Below the pieces are notes generated by a model. It was not told where the DNA came from. It saw nothing but the letters and a program-made list of their open reading frames with translations, and made no database searches. From a cyanobacterium endosymbiont of Rhopalodia gibba (GTDB taxonomy: Bacteria; Cyanobacteriota; Cyanobacteriia; Cyanobacteriales; Microcystaceae): a stretch of 64,000 bases of DNA. The stretch lies in the NCBI GenBank assembly GCA_045159875.1, contig CP067995.1, forward strand, positions 416,001-480,000, given 5' to 3'. The position numbers and the translations under genes are program-made. Below are positions 43,579 to 54,813 of this stretch, piece by piece; position 1 is the stretch's first letter, and the number at the start of each line of letters is the position of its first letter.

Positions 43579-44385
43579 ATGACCTTATCGGCACAATCTG
43601 GCCCGAAATGGTCGCCTTTAAGGCGATATCTAGAGCTGCTCCATATTTTGGTTGAACGTAATTTAAAAGGACGTTATCGAGGTTCGTTTTTAGGGGTCTA
43701 TTGGTCGTTGCTTAACCCCTTGATTATGACAGGACTTTATGCCGCAATTTTTGGGACGGCTTTTTCCAAATACTATAACAATTCTACCTTAAACTATGTT
43801 CTGGCGGCGTTTACAGGTCTCATTGTGATTAACTTTTTCTCGGCTGCTACCAATCAGGCTTTAGGCAGTGTGGTTGGAAATGGACCTTTACTTAATAAAA
43901 TCAAACTTCCTGTCTCGATTTTTCCTGTCTCAATGATTGTGGCTAATACCTTTCAATTTGTAATGGGTCCATTACCCTTATTAGCAATAGTCACCTTACT
44001 AATTAATGGAAACCCTGTTAGTGTGGTGGCGTTAGTATTTCCCCTAATTGCTTTAAGTTTGGTTTGTACGGGGGTCGGATTTTTAGTAAGTGCTTTATTT
44101 GTGTTCTTTCGAGATTTGCCTTATTTTTATGAGTTGATTTGTTTTGTCCTTTGGATCAGCTCGCCCGTATTCTATCCGGCTGAAATCGTTCCCGCTAAGG
44201 TCAAATCCTTTTTACTACTAAATCCCTTAATTCCTATCATTGAAAGTATTCGTCAAATTTCCTTATCAGGGACTTTGCCTGATTTGATGTTAATTGGGCA
44301 TTCATTTCTCAATGGAATTATCCTTTTAATGCTAGGGTGGACTTGTTTTCGTGCCTGGCAAAACCAATTTATGGACTTGCTCTAG
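43579..44385 (+). CDS. Polysaccharide ABC-2 exporter permease (Wzm-like)
   Basis: RYRGSFLGVYWSLLNPL, VFFRDL, SPVFYP, LNPL motifs. Confidence 0.9.
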   Translation: MTLSAQSGPKWSPLRRYLELLHILVERNLKGRYRGSFLGVYWSLLNPLIMTGLYAAIFGTAFSKYYNNSTLNYVLAAFTGLIVINFFSAATNQALGSVVGNGPLLNKIKLPVSIFPVSMIVANTFQFVMGPLPLLAIVTLLINGNPVSVVALVFPLIALSLVCTGVGFLVSALFVFFRDLPYFYELICFVLWISSPVFYPAEIVPAKVKSFLLLNPLIPIIESIRQISLSGTLPDLMLIGHSFLNGIILLMLGWTCFRAWQNQFMDLL

Positions 44386-44392
44386 AAGTTAC

Positions 44393-45142
44393 ATGACGGA
44401 AGTAATTAGACTCGATCAAGTTTCTTTATCCCGCAGAACCCAAGAGGAGTTCTCTTATGATTTGAAGAAAACTGTTCTCTCCTTCTTAGAGGGTAAGTAT
44501 CGCCAACCCTCAAGAAAGTTGATTCTCGATCAAATTAGCTTAACAGTGAAAGTGGGAGAAAAAGTTGGCATTATTGGAGCTAATGGCTCTGGAAAATCCA
44601 CCATGCTTAAAGTTATCTGTGGTATTTTGCAGCCGTCTACAGGGCAGGTCAGAGTTAAGGGAGAAATTGCTCCCTTAATTGAGCTAGGAGCTGGCTTTGA
44701 TGCAGAATTATCCGTAACTGATAATGTCATTCTTTATGGAGTCATGTTAGGATTCGCTCGCCAAGATATGAAGAAGCGGGTCGCATCCATTTTAAACTTT
44801 GCTGAGTTAGAGGAATACGCATGGGCTCCTGTCAAATCACTTTCATCGGGGATGACAGCTCGCTTGGGGTTTGCCATTGCCACTGATATTGAACCTGATG
44901 TGTTAATCCTTGATGAAGTCCTTTCAGTAGGAGATGAAAGTTTTAAGTACAAATGTCAAAGACGAATGGATAAATTATGGGGCCATCACACTACTATTTT
45001 GGTGGTTTCTCATGGATTGGAGTTTATTCAACAGTCTTGTGATCGCGCCATTTGGTTAGATCGCGGTAAAATTCGTTTTGCGGGTAACACCGATGAGACA
45101 ATTGATTGTTATCTAACGTCAGTTCAACAAAATCAGCGGTAA
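44393..45142 (+). CDS. Polysaccharide ABC exporter ATPase (Wzt-like)
   Basis: GANGSGKST, LSSGMTARLGFA, LILDEVLSVGD, VVSH motifs. Start set at ATG 44393. Confidence 0.92.
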   Translation: MTEVIRLDQVSLSRRTQEEFSYDLKKTVLSFLEGKYRQPSRKLILDQISLTVKVGEKVGIIGANGSGKSTMLKVICGILQPSTGQVRVKGEIAPLIELGAGFDAELSVTDNVILYGVMLGFARQDMKKRVASILNFAELEEYAWAPVKSLSSGMTARLGFAIATDIEPDVLILDEVLSVGDESFKYKCQRRMDKLWGHHTTILVVSHGLEFIQQSCDRAIWLDRGKIRFAGNTDETIDCYLTSVQQNQR

Positions 45143-45281
45143 AATTCGTTTTGTGGGTAACACCGATGAGACAATTGATTGTTATCTAACGTCAGTTCAA
45201 CAAAATCAGCGGTAAAATTCGTTTTGCGGGTAACACCGATGAGACAATTGATTGTTATCTAACGTCAGTTCAACAAAATCA
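45063..45281. repeat. 73-bp tandem triplication spanning the wzt 3' end
   Basis: Units start at 45063, 45136 and 45209; identical except one C>T in copy 2. Confidence 0.97.
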
Positions 45282-45305
45282 AGAGATAGGATTACATCAA
45301 CAGAT

Positions 45306-46238
45306 ATGAAAATATTAATCACTGGAGGTGCGGGTTATATTGGGTCAGTTCTGACCCCAACTCTATTGGCAAAAGGCTATGAAGTGACAGTTTTGGACAA
45401 TTTTATGTTCCGGCAAAATAGTCTGGCTAATTGTTGTCAATACGATACATTTAATATAGTCCGTGGCGATTGTCGTGATGAATCTACTATCAAGGAGTTG
45501 CTTCAGGACACAGATGTTATCATTCCTTTAGCTGCCTTGGTAGGTGCGCCTCTATGTGGCCGAGATCAGATAGGAACCCAAACCATTAATTATGAGGCAG
45601 TTAAACTAATCTGTGATTTAGCAAGTCCAGAACAACGTATTTTGATGCCTGTTACTAATAGCGGTTACGGTATTGGGACATCAGGCAAGTATTGTACCGA
45701 AGAATCTCCTTTGCGTCCTATTTCCCTCTATGGCACCACCAAAGTGGATGCAGAAAAGACAGTTTTAGAGAGGGGAAATAGTATCACTTTTCGGTTAGCT
45801 ACGGTATTTGGGATGTCTCCTAGAATGCGGGTAGATCTCCTAGTCAATGATTTTGTTTATCGTGCTTTTTATGATCGTGCTGTGGTGATTTTCGAAGGGC
45901 ATTTTAAGCGAAATTATATCCATATTAGGGATGTGGCTAAGGTGTTTATCCATGGGATCGAAAATTTTGAGTCGATGAAGGGCAAATCCTATAATGTGGG
46001 ACTCGATGATGCTAACTTATCAAAGTTAGAGTTGTGCGCAGAAATTCAAAAGTATCTGCCTAAGTTTGTTTATTTAGAAGCCCCTATCGGGGAAGACCCT
46101 GACAAACGAAATTATATCGTTTCCAATGCTCGAATTCTTAATACAGGATTTGAAACAGATTGGTCTTTAGGACGCGGGATTAAAGAGTTAATTAAAGGTT
46201 ATACAATTTTGCGAAACACTCTCTATTCTAACGTTTAA
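45306..46238 (+). CDS. NAD-dependent epimerase/dehydratase
   Basis: MKILITGGAGYIGS, YGTTK (YxxxK), FRLATVFG, RNYIHIRDVA motifs. Confidence 0.92.
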   Translation: MKILITGGAGYIGSVLTPTLLAKGYEVTVLDNFMFRQNSLANCCQYDTFNIVRGDCRDESTIKELLQDTDVIIPLAALVGAPLCGRDQIGTQTINYEAVKLICDLASPEQRILMPVTNSGYGIGTSGKYCTEESPLRPISLYGTTKVDAEKTVLERGNSITFRLATVFGMSPRMRVDLLVNDFVYRAFYDRAVVIFEGHFKRNYIHIRDVAKVFIHGIENFESMKGKSYNVGLDDANLSKLELCAEIQKYLPKFVYLEAPIGEDPDKRNYIVSNARILNTGFETDWSLGRGIKELIKGYTILRNTLYSNV

Positions 46239-46247
46239 AATTTAAGC

Positions 46248-46280
46248 GGGAGTTATTGTCAACTCCCCTTTTTATTTTTT
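46248..46280 (+). terminator. Rho-independent terminator
   Basis: GGGAGTT-attgtc-AACTCCC followed by a T-rich tract, just after the epimerase stop. Confidence 0.75.
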
Positions 46281-47290
46281 AAAATTTTTATAGCAAATTC
46301 CTTGAATTAATTTTGAGAGAACATCCAAATTAGAACATAATTCTTTCATACTGTTTTTTATCATAGATTTTGACTCTTTAATAGACTCTAGTTTCTGTTG
46401 TTTGTTTATATACTGCCGCTGCTAAAAAGTATCTAAAGTTTAATACCGTAGAGTCGCAATAAATCTTCAATAAATTTACTAATAGACTTTTTTTAAATTA
46501 AATTACATAGTATTTTATGAATATGTTTATTGACATAAACAGTAGACTCTTTGTAGATAGTTAAATCATTTTAAATTTAACACTTTTATAGAAATAATTG
46601 ACTTACTTTAGAAGTATTGCTAAGTTTTTTTAGATAAAAGATTTTATCTAAAAAATAACCATTTTTTGTTATAGTATTCAGATTCTTTATTTTAAATTTT
46701 ATATAAAATTTATTGGTTACTTTAATTTTTTTATTTATTTTATATATTTAATATATTTAATAATCTTTATATGAAATAAGAAGAAGTATGAGCGGATAAA
46801 GAGATATTTATGAATTATTTGATAGTAATATTTTGGCATTGAGATAATATGTTAAATTGTTTACCTAATGAACCAGAAATTCTTATTTATTAATAATTAC
46901 TCATAAGTTAATAATTAAATTAATATAAAAGTCATTATCATGGTCTATTGCTATAAGTTACTAAAACTAAAATAGTTTCTAATAGTTAACAATAACAAAC
47001 AATATTATTAATATTTTCTAAATATAAAGTAATATTGTTATTTTCTACTTTAAAATCTGCTCATAGTTCAAAACCAATAGTAGTAAATATTTAATTTTAA
47101 AGTATCAATCATCAAGCAATGTTAGTAGTTTATTATGATGTTATTTTTTTAGACTTTAATTTTAACTATAGAATAGTAGTATTTATCCAAGTTTAATTGA
47201 AAATCGTAATTATTTTTGGTCTTTAATAGGGTCAACTTAAGAAATAAAGACCCCTATCATCTATAGTTGAGCCCCAACATTTAGACTTAT

Positions 47291-49729
47291 TTAACTGCGA
47301 AGTGTTACCTCAAATTTTTTTACTAAAGCGTTGCGAATTTTGTCGTGAACCGGTTCAACATCCCCATCAGTTAAAGTGTGATTGTCTGCACGATAAACTA
47401 GACTAAAGGCTAGACTTCGTTCTCCTTTAGGAACATTTTCACCTTCATATTCATCGAATAATTCAACCTCTGCAAGTAACTTCCCCCCCGCTTTGTTTAT
47501 CACTTGAGTTAAGTCGGTAACGGAAACTTTTAAAGAAGCAAAAAAAGCCAAATCTCGTTCCACTGCGGGATAGGTAGAATAGGGACTTAAAATAGGGTTC
47601 ATTAACTCCTCTTGTCCTAACATTTCTAACAACACGTTAAAATTCAACGTGAAAGCATATACCGCATCAATTAAATCCTTTTCTTGTCGTAATTGAGGAT
47701 GCAATTGTCCAAAAATTCCTAATTGTTTTTTATCAACCCATAAAGATGCAGTCCGTCCAGGATGTAATCTTTCATCCCTATCATAGGGTTGGTAGGTTAC
47801 GTCTAACCCTAAACTGACAAAAACACTTTCGAGTATACCTTTTGCTTCATACCACTTCATGAAGACTGGCTTTCCACTGCGAATCCACCGTCCTTGAGGG
47901 AACATATCACCGCCAAGAATTCCCCCAACTTCGTCTAATTCTCGATATTTTCCATCAACTATACGGAAAGTTCGCCCAATTTCAAAAGCATTTAATGCAC
48001 CATTTCTTTGAGACTGGTTATAAGCAAAGGCATCAATTAAACCATCAAGTAGATTGGTTCGTAACGCTGCGTATTCAGCCAATAAAGGGTTAGTAATGAT
48101 AATATCCGCTTTTTCAGGTTTAACTAATGAATATTGAACAACTTCCGTCAACCCTACCGCACGAAATACCTCCCGAACCTTACGTTGAACCTGATACTCA
48201 AAAGAGAGTCCCCCAGGTTCGGTTTTATCAGGAAGTTCATCACAGAAATTATCGTAACCATACAAACGGGCTACCTCTTCAATTAAGTCAATCTCCCGTT
48301 TTAAATCCTGATAACGGTAGGAAGGAACCGAAACTTTCCAAACATTATTTCCGTCTTTGACGGGGGTTAAATCACATCCTAGATTGATTAGAATGCGCTC
48401 TACATCTATTGCAGGCACATTAGCAGTTGTACCATTTTTTTTAATTGGACCTAAAATCTTATGTATCCGTTCTAATCTTAGAATAATGGATTCAGTTGAC
48501 AAATCGGGGCGACTGTCTTCTATCACTTGAGTAACGGGGTTTCCTTCTGCTAACTCTGCAATCAGAGCGATCGCAAGATTACACGCTATTTCTAACTCAG
48601 ATTGATTAATCCCCCTTTCATATCTTGCAGAAGACTCGCTACGCAAACTCTGGCAGCGAGAGGAACGACGAATTGTCACTTGATCAAATAAAGCCGCTTC
48701 AAGGACGACATTTTTAGTGGTATCGTCCACGTTGGTTTCGTATCCTCCCATAACTCCCGCTAAAGCAACAGGTTGATCATTAGCAGTAACAATTAAATTA
48801 GCAGATTTTAAATTTCTTTCTTGCTCGTCTAGTGTTTTTAATGTTTCTTTTTCTGTTGCAAATCGTACCCCTAACGTTAACGGTATTTTTTCTGCAACGG
48901 TTTCCAGTTTATCTCGATCAAATGCGTGGAGAGGCTGTCCCCATTCCAACAAAATTAAATTTGTCACATCCACCACATTATTAATGGGACGGACTCCTGC
49001 TACTTTAAGTCTGTTTTGCAACCATTTAGGAGACGGTGCAATTCTCACGTTTTCAATGACGGTTCCTATATATGCAGAACAAACATTTCTGTCTGATATT
49101 TTAACTTTGAGAGAATATGAGGACTTTTTAGGGAAGGAAACTTTCGGAGATTTTGGCAAGTTTAATTCTCCACCTGTTAATGCGGCAACTTCCCGCGCAA
49201 TCCCTACCATACTCAACGCATCTGCGCGGTTTGCAGTAGGACTAATATCAAAGACAATATCATCCAATCCTAACAAAGGACGAGCATCGGTCCCTAGTTC
49301 TAGGATATTATCCTCAAAAATATGAATTCCAGCGGATTTATTCGATAAACCAACTTCAGCAAGGGAACAGATCATTCCCTCAGACTTAACTCCTCGAAGT
49401 TTTGCGGGTTTAATTTTCAGGTCAATTTTGGGTAAATAGGTTCCTATGGTAGCCACAGCAACAATGCTATCAGATGCCACATTAGGTGCACCGCAGACAA
49501 TATTTAAATAAGCTTCCTTACCGATATCCACTTGACAGATACTTAATTTATCTGCGTTGGGATGGGGTTGGCAATCAATAATTTTTCCAATCACTACTCC
49601 ATCTGCCCATTGACGACGATCTTCTATTTGCTCGACCTCCAATCCTGCTATGGTTAAAATATCTGCTAATGCTTCAGGGGAGAGGGTGACATTTACTAAT
49701 TCCCTTAGCCAGTTGACCGAAATCTTCAT
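47291..49729 (-). CDS. pheT: Phenylalanine-tRNA ligase beta subunit
   Basis: [51 protein letters not shown] and FDX-ACB C-terminus. Confidence 0.97.
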   Translation of the reverse strand: MKISVNWLRELVNVTLSPEALADILTIAGLEVEQIEDRRQWADGVVIGKIIDCQPHPNADKLSICQVDIGKEAYLNIVCGAPNVASDSIVAVATIGTYLPKIDLKIKPAKLRGVKSEGMICSLAEVGLSNKSAGIHIFEDNILELGTDARPLLGLDDIVFDISPTANRADALSMVGIAREVAALTGGELNLPKSPKVSFPKKSSYSLKVKISDRNVCSAYIGTVIENVRIAPSPKWLQNRLKVAGVRPINNVVDVTNLILLEWGQPLHAFDRDKLETVAEKIPLTLGVRFATEKETLKTLDEQERNLKSANLIVTANDQPVALAGVMGGYETNVDDTTKNVVLEAALFDQVTIRRSSRCQSLRSESSARYERGINQSELEIACNLAIALIAELAEGNPVTQVIEDSRPDLSTESIILRLERIHKILGPIKKNGTTANVPAIDVERILINLGCDLTPVKDGNNVWKVSVPSYRYQDLKREIDLIEEVARLYGYDNFCDELPDKTEPGGLSFEYQVQRKVREVFRAVGLTEVVQYSLVKPEKADIIITNPLLAEYAALRTNLLDGLIDAFAYNQSQRNGALNAFEIGRTFRIVDGKYRELDEVGGILGGDMFPQGRWIRSGKPVFMKWYEAKGILESVFVSLGLDVTYQPYDRDERLHPGRTASLWVDKKQLGIFGQLHPQLRQEKDLIDAVYAFTLNFNVLLEMLGQEELMNPILSPYSTYPAVERDLAFFASLKVSVTDLTQVINKAGGKLLAEVELFDEYEGENVPKGERSLAFSLVYRADNHTLTDGDVEPVHDKIRNALVKKFEVTLRS

Positions 49730-50144
49730 GGTGTTTTAATTTTCTCTGTTATCTATGATCTTGACCAGTTCTTAGTTTACCGTCTCTGTGGTTTATCTTG
49801 TAGCTAAAGAGATGAGCCTTTATAACTGAGTGCGTTTAATCTGAGAAAACTTATTATTTTTAGTCATGAAGACAAATTAGTTTAAATACATTATCCTTTT
49901 GACTTCTAATTATATTTTTTGTTAAAAAAGAAATTATATTTAACTAATACTAGGATATTTAATATCCGTATTTTTTATTTAATAAAAAAATTAAAACATA
50001 TTTTTGAGTTTTTATTACCTAGGATAAATTTCAAATATTTGACTATAGAATAGTTATGATTGGCTTAGTATATATTTGATTCAATCGTATTATTTAGTAA
50101 ATAAATATTTAAATAAACAAAAAATTAATTTTTTTATTATGCTT

Positions 50145-50180
50145 TAATAAATTGATTTTTTCGAAAAAATCAATTTATTA
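50145..50180. repeat. 36-bp perfect palindrome
   Basis: TAATAAATTGATTTTTTC|GAAAAAATCAATTTATTA. Confidence 0.9.
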
Positions 50181-51835
50181 CTTATTTTTTAGTTTTTTAG
50201 ATGAGGACAAGACACTCTTCTGTGTTGAAGAGGATAAAAATAAGTATAGTCTAAATATCTGTATAAATTATGTCCATTATGAATAGTCCGTTTAAAAAAC
50301 GACGTCATTAAATATTAATGTCTTAATTTTTACGATGAAAAAAAGAAATTAAAGACCTGATAATATAACGAAATATAAGTTTATAACGTATAGAATATTA
50401 TCATTAAATGATCTGGTTCACATATTTGCTGAATTAGTATTTTTTCGGTTTCATAGAAAAAAATACTAATTCAAATTATCAAAGACCGAATAATTGAACA
50501 ACGAAGATTAAAAATTGCTAGTAATGTACAGATTTTTAACGAAACTTTAAGTTGATAAGCTAAAGAAGCTAAAAATTTAAATAGTAATTGAAGTTAAAAT
50601 AGTAGTTTTATGACTACTATTCCAACTAGTCTATAAATCATAAATTAAAAAGATTGATATAGATTTTTAAATCACAATATTAGCTAAAAGAATAATATAA
50701 AAAAATATTATAGCAAAAAATGATGTTTTTTCATAAGAGTAAAAATTTACTAATTAATCTAAGTCTTTACCATGACGAACAAACTATTAGGCTTATCTTT
50801 CTATTTTTGTATATATAATAGTAAAACTATTCTCTTACTGTAGTTGTCATGTAAAATTAACTCATAAAATAGTAAATTAATATGCTTTATTTTTAAATAA
50901 AAACTAAATTTATAGGCTCATAATTTTATTTTAATAAACCTTAATTTACTCAATTTATTCTTGTCTTATATTTATATTTTTTTAATTAAATGCCTAATTT
51001 TATCATAGTTATTTCAAATAAATTAGCTTACTTAAATCATCATAATGTCCAGCCTTAGGCTACCTAATAAATATTTTAAATTTATCTTTTAGTTAGTGTC
51101 TTTATAAAAGGACTAGTTATGTTTAATGCATCTATTATAATTTTGTTTTTTGCTTGATTAAAAATGTTTTTAACTTTTATTTCAAACATATTTTTTCTTA
51201 TTTGATCCCGATAAATATTTTTATTTTTAACTAGTGATTGTAAGCTATTTAACCTCTTATTTAAAGATTTTTTCTATTATTTATCTTGAGTATCAACTTT
51301 TTTTATCACGTAAAATCTATCTGCTACTGTAGTAATGACCTTACTTTAAGGTGGTAATTTACCTAAAAGACTTTGTTATTTTATCAGTATCTTAACCATA
51401 AGATATGGTTAAGATACTTCAGCTTATAGTGTTAATTAATTAACACAATTTTTATATTTTTTTCAGATTCATACTAATTTATTCAATCTTGGTTGAAACC
51501 TCTTTCTCTTAAACTTTTGGATATTTTCTTCTTTTTTGATTTTTTTTGTTTCTATAATTCCTGCACTCATTTCTTTATCTAAATAAACTAACACTACATA
51601 ATAAATTTATTCTGCTTTAATTATAAAAGTTTTATTATATATTAATTATTTCAATATTTTATTTTTTTAAATTAACAGTTTTTGTCCTAAAAAACAATTA
51701 GTTATCTTTGATAAATTCTCGTTAATTGATACCAGGTTATACTGTAGAGTGAATGCGGCAATACGTTTAAGAGAAAAGAAGATTGCTGTCTAACCTGCGG
51801 AGTATGGTCCTCTGTTAAAACAGAAAGTAAACTTG

Positions 51836-51887
51836 TAATAAACTTACAACCTGATTATTAATTAATAATCAGGTTGTAAGTTTATTA
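51836..51887. repeat. 52-bp perfect palindrome
   Basis: TAATAAACTTACAACCTGATTATTAA|TTAATAATCAGGTTGTAAGTTTATTA. Confidence 0.95.
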
Positions 51888-52013
51888 AACATAAGACTTT
51901 ATCTAAAGTAGCAGATGTTTATTGTCTATAAATAAAAAGCGATATTTTTTGAAATTTTCTCCTTGATTATAAGCCTTAGTAGAGGGAGATAAAACTTAAA
52001 CAATGAACAAAAG

Positions 52014-52059
52014 ATTAACAACTTCCCAGATTACTATAGTAATCTGGGAAGTTGTTAAT
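52014..52059. repeat. 46-bp perfect palindrome
   Basis: ATTAACAACTTCCCAGATTACTA|TAGTAATCTGGGAAGTTGTTAAT. Confidence 0.95.
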
Positions 52060-52439
52060 AACAGTCAAATTAGCATAAGTCCTATATTGATATTTCTTAA
52101 TCTAAACTAGAAAATCACTATTATACAAACGAAAATCTATATCTCTGAGCAAAAATACTAAATAAATCAATTAAGTTACTAGCGATCATACTATGGTGTT
52201 CTGAAGGTACCTAAATGATGATAATTTCTCCATTATAGTATTCATGGCGTTCTAGACTATTTTCTGTCATTATTTGATACTAGATTTAAAGTAAGATTCA
52301 GTTGTTGTTAAGTAGAGAAAACTAGTTTGGGCACAAACCACCATCAGATTGCCTGAAAAATGACATTTAAAACCATTATCATTCTCACAATCAAGAATTA
52401 CTAATTAAGTCAACCCGATTATCGAGGAGGAACATTAAT

Positions 52440-52871
52440 AGTTTACCAAGAAAACTAATTCTCAGTGATTGGTTAGCGTAAACAAATAGCCTTAACAGAA
52501 CTGAGGATTAGGAAAATTAAAGCAAAAATTGATACAGGAATTTGAGTGTCTGCCCTCCACACTTTTGCTATTGAAATTTTTACTCAAAATTTAAAATACA
52601 TGGTTTTATTCAAAGTCCATTGCTATCAACGGAATACGCAATGAACTGTCAGTGCTGAAGCTGGGTTGAACTATTTTAATATAGATTAAAGTCAGAAGTT
52701 CGACAGAATATCTTCAATCATGGGTCGTAATCAAAACAATATTAGCAATGGTTCATTGAACTAACCTTAACTAATCAAGATATGATGGATTTTCGGGTGC
52801 TGTTGAGCTGTAAGGCAATGTGAGAAAGCCTTATGGTGTATACAGAAAGATAATTTATGCAAAGTTTCTGA
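52440..52871 (+). pseudogene. RimK-associated putative ATP-dependent Zn protease pseudogene
   Basis: SVIG*RKQIALTELRIRKIKAKIDTGI*VSALH...FKVHCYQRNTQ*TVSAEA...ELTLTNQDMMDFRVLL; in-frame stops and frameshifts; directly upstream of rimK. Confidence 0.85.
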
Positions 52872-52881
52872 GGAAAACAAT

Positions 52882-53787
52882 ATGAGAATAGCCATTTTAT
52901 CTCAAGATGCTTCTCTTTATTCTACCAAGCGTCTTATAGAAGCTGGAAAAGAACGGGGACACGAAATGCATGTTGTTAATTACCTAGGTTGTTACATGAA
53001 CATTGCATCTCAAAAACCTTCAGTAGTTTATCAAGGTCAACCTCTAGAAAACTTTGACGCAATTATTCCTCGCATTGGTGCATCAAGGACATTTTATGGA
53101 ACTGCAGTGGTAAGACAGTTTGAGATAATGGGAGTCTTTAGTGCCAACGAATCCCAGTCCATTGCCCGCTCTAGGGACAAACTCCGTTGCTTACAAATTC
53201 TTGCCCGTGAAGGAGTTAGATTACCTGTTACGGGTTTCGCTCATGCTACTACAGATGTTGACGGCTTAATTGAGATTGTCGGTGGCGCACCTCTGGTTAT
53301 TAAATTGCTAGAAGGAACCCAAGGAATTGGCGTGGTATTGGCTGAAACTCACCAAGCTGCTAAGTCAGTTATTGAAGCGTTCCGGAAATTGGATGCCAAT
53401 ATCTTAGTACAGGAATTTATTAAAGAAGCTGGGGGTGCAGATACTCGCTGTTTCGTTGTCGCGGACAAAGTAGTTGCGTCGATGAAACGACAAGGCATAG
53501 ACGGGGAATTTCGCTCAAACCTACACCGAGGAGGAAAGGGCGAGAAAATTAAGTTAACCCCAGAAGAACGGGATACTGCCGTACGGTCTGCTAGGGCAAT
53601 GGGGTTGAGAATTGCTGGGGTAGATATGATTAACTCTAATCGTGGTCCGGTGGTAATAGAAGTAAATTCTTCTCCAGGATTAGAAGGAATTGAAAAAGCA
53701 ACAGAGATAGACGTAGCAGGAAAGATTATAGAATTTTTAGCAAAAAATGCCACCTCGAGAAAAAACCGTGGTCGCATCCAATATTAA
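52882..53787 (+). CDS. rimK: RimK alpha-L-glutamate ligase (ATP-grasp)
   Basis: [52 protein letters not shown] motifs. Confidence 0.95.
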   Translation: MRIAILSQDASLYSTKRLIEAGKERGHEMHVVNYLGCYMNIASQKPSVVYQGQPLENFDAIIPRIGASRTFYGTAVVRQFEIMGVFSANESQSIARSRDKLRCLQILAREGVRLPVTGFAHATTDVDGLIEIVGGAPLVIKLLEGTQGIGVVLAETHQAAKSVIEAFRKLDANILVQEFIKEAGGADTRCFVVADKVVASMKRQGIDGEFRSNLHRGGKGEKIKLTPEERDTAVRSARAMGLRIAGVDMINSNRGPVVIEVNSSPGLEGIEKATEIDVAGKIIEFLAKNATSRKNRGRIQY

Positions 53788-53797
53788 GAGGTAAAAA

Positions 53798-54763
53798 TTG
53801 ACAGAAAATTTGAAGTCAGAAATTATTGAAATTGTAGGAGAGGCGATCTCGCCGGGAGAATGTCGTCGTCTAGAACTTCCTATTGCTCGCTTACCTACCC
53901 AAACTTGGGTTTCTCTCCCTATTACAGTAATCAATGGCTTAAACTCAGGACCAAAACTTTGGCTCAGTGCGGCTATTCATGGGGATGAACTTAATGGGGT
54001 AGAAATCATCCGTCAAGTGGTTACAAATGTTAAGCCAAAACTGTTACACGGCACCTTAATTGCTGTACCTATTGTCAATGTCTTCGGTTTAATTGGACAG
54101 TCCCGCTATTTACCCGACAGAAGAGATCTCAATCGCTCATTTCCCGGCTCTAAAAGTGGTTCTCTTGCTTCACGCTTAGCATACCTATTTATGAAAGAGA
54201 TTGTTAGCCAGAGTACATACGGGATCGATTTACATACTGCTTCTATGCACAGGACTAATCTTCCTCAGATTCGCGCTAACCTTCAAGATTCAGAAACCCG
54301 TCGCTGCGCTCAGGCATTTGGCGCGCCCCTACTCGTACATGCGATGACTCGTGATGGTTCCCTAAGACAAGCAGCAACGAAAAGAGGTATCCCAATCCTA
54401 CTTTACGAAGGGGGTGAAGCTTTACGATTCGATGCAGAGGCTATTCGGATGGGAGTAGAAGGAATTAAGCGAGTTATGGAGTATTTAAAAATGTATCGGT
54501 TTTCTCTGCTACGAACGCCAGTTACGTCAATAGAAGTGGATAAATCTAAGTGGATACGAGCATCCCGTAGTGGGATTTTTCGCTTAGAGGTAGGGTTAGG
54601 GGAAAAAGTGCTGAAAAAGCAGAAATTGGGGATTATTGCCGACGCTTTCGGCGAAAGTAGCATCAAGGTTCGTGCCAGTGCTAATGGGATCGTAATTGGA
54701 TATACTCAAAATCCTTTGGTTAATCAGGGTGATGGAATTGTTCATTTAGCTATCCTTAACTGA
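53798..54763 (+). CDS. Succinylglutamate desuccinylase/aspartoacylase family (M14-like) protein
   Basis: AAIHGDELNG, RDLNRSFPG, IDLHT, LYEGGEA motifs and biotinyl-like C-terminus. Confidence 0.9.
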   Translation: MTENLKSEIIEIVGEAISPGECRRLELPIARLPTQTWVSLPITVINGLNSGPKLWLSAAIHGDELNGVEIIRQVVTNVKPKLLHGTLIAVPIVNVFGLIGQSRYLPDRRDLNRSFPGSKSGSLASRLAYLFMKEIVSQSTYGIDLHTASMHRTNLPQIRANLQDSETRRCAQAFGAPLLVHAMTRDGSLRQAATKRGIPILLYEGGEALRFDAEAIRMGVEGIKRVMEYLKMYRFSLLRTPVTSIEVDKSKWIRASRSGIFRLEVGLGEKVLKKQKLGIIADAFGESSIKVRASANGIVIGYTQNPLVNQGDGIVHLAILN

Positions 54764-54813
54764 GTTATTGCGTTATAACAAGGAGTCGGTACTAAGAGAT
54801 TTAATCAATCATT

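Noticed and set aside
45063..45281. CRISPR array hypothesis for the 73-bp repeats
   Set aside because: Head-to-tail copies of wzt coding sequence with no unique spacers and no cas genes.
45252..45305. N-terminal extension of the epimerase
   Set aside because: Derived from the third repeat copy; the Rossmann motif starts at ATG 45306.
51836..52059. Protelomerase (telRL-like) target sites
   Set aside because: The size is similar, but the palindromes are mutually unrelated and numerous, and no telomere resolvase gene is in the window.
53349..54666. Antisense ORFs within rimK and the deacylase (and similar ones within cikA, yidC, rseP, the transglycosylase, rpsA and pheT)
   Set aside because: Shadow frames of well-supported genes.
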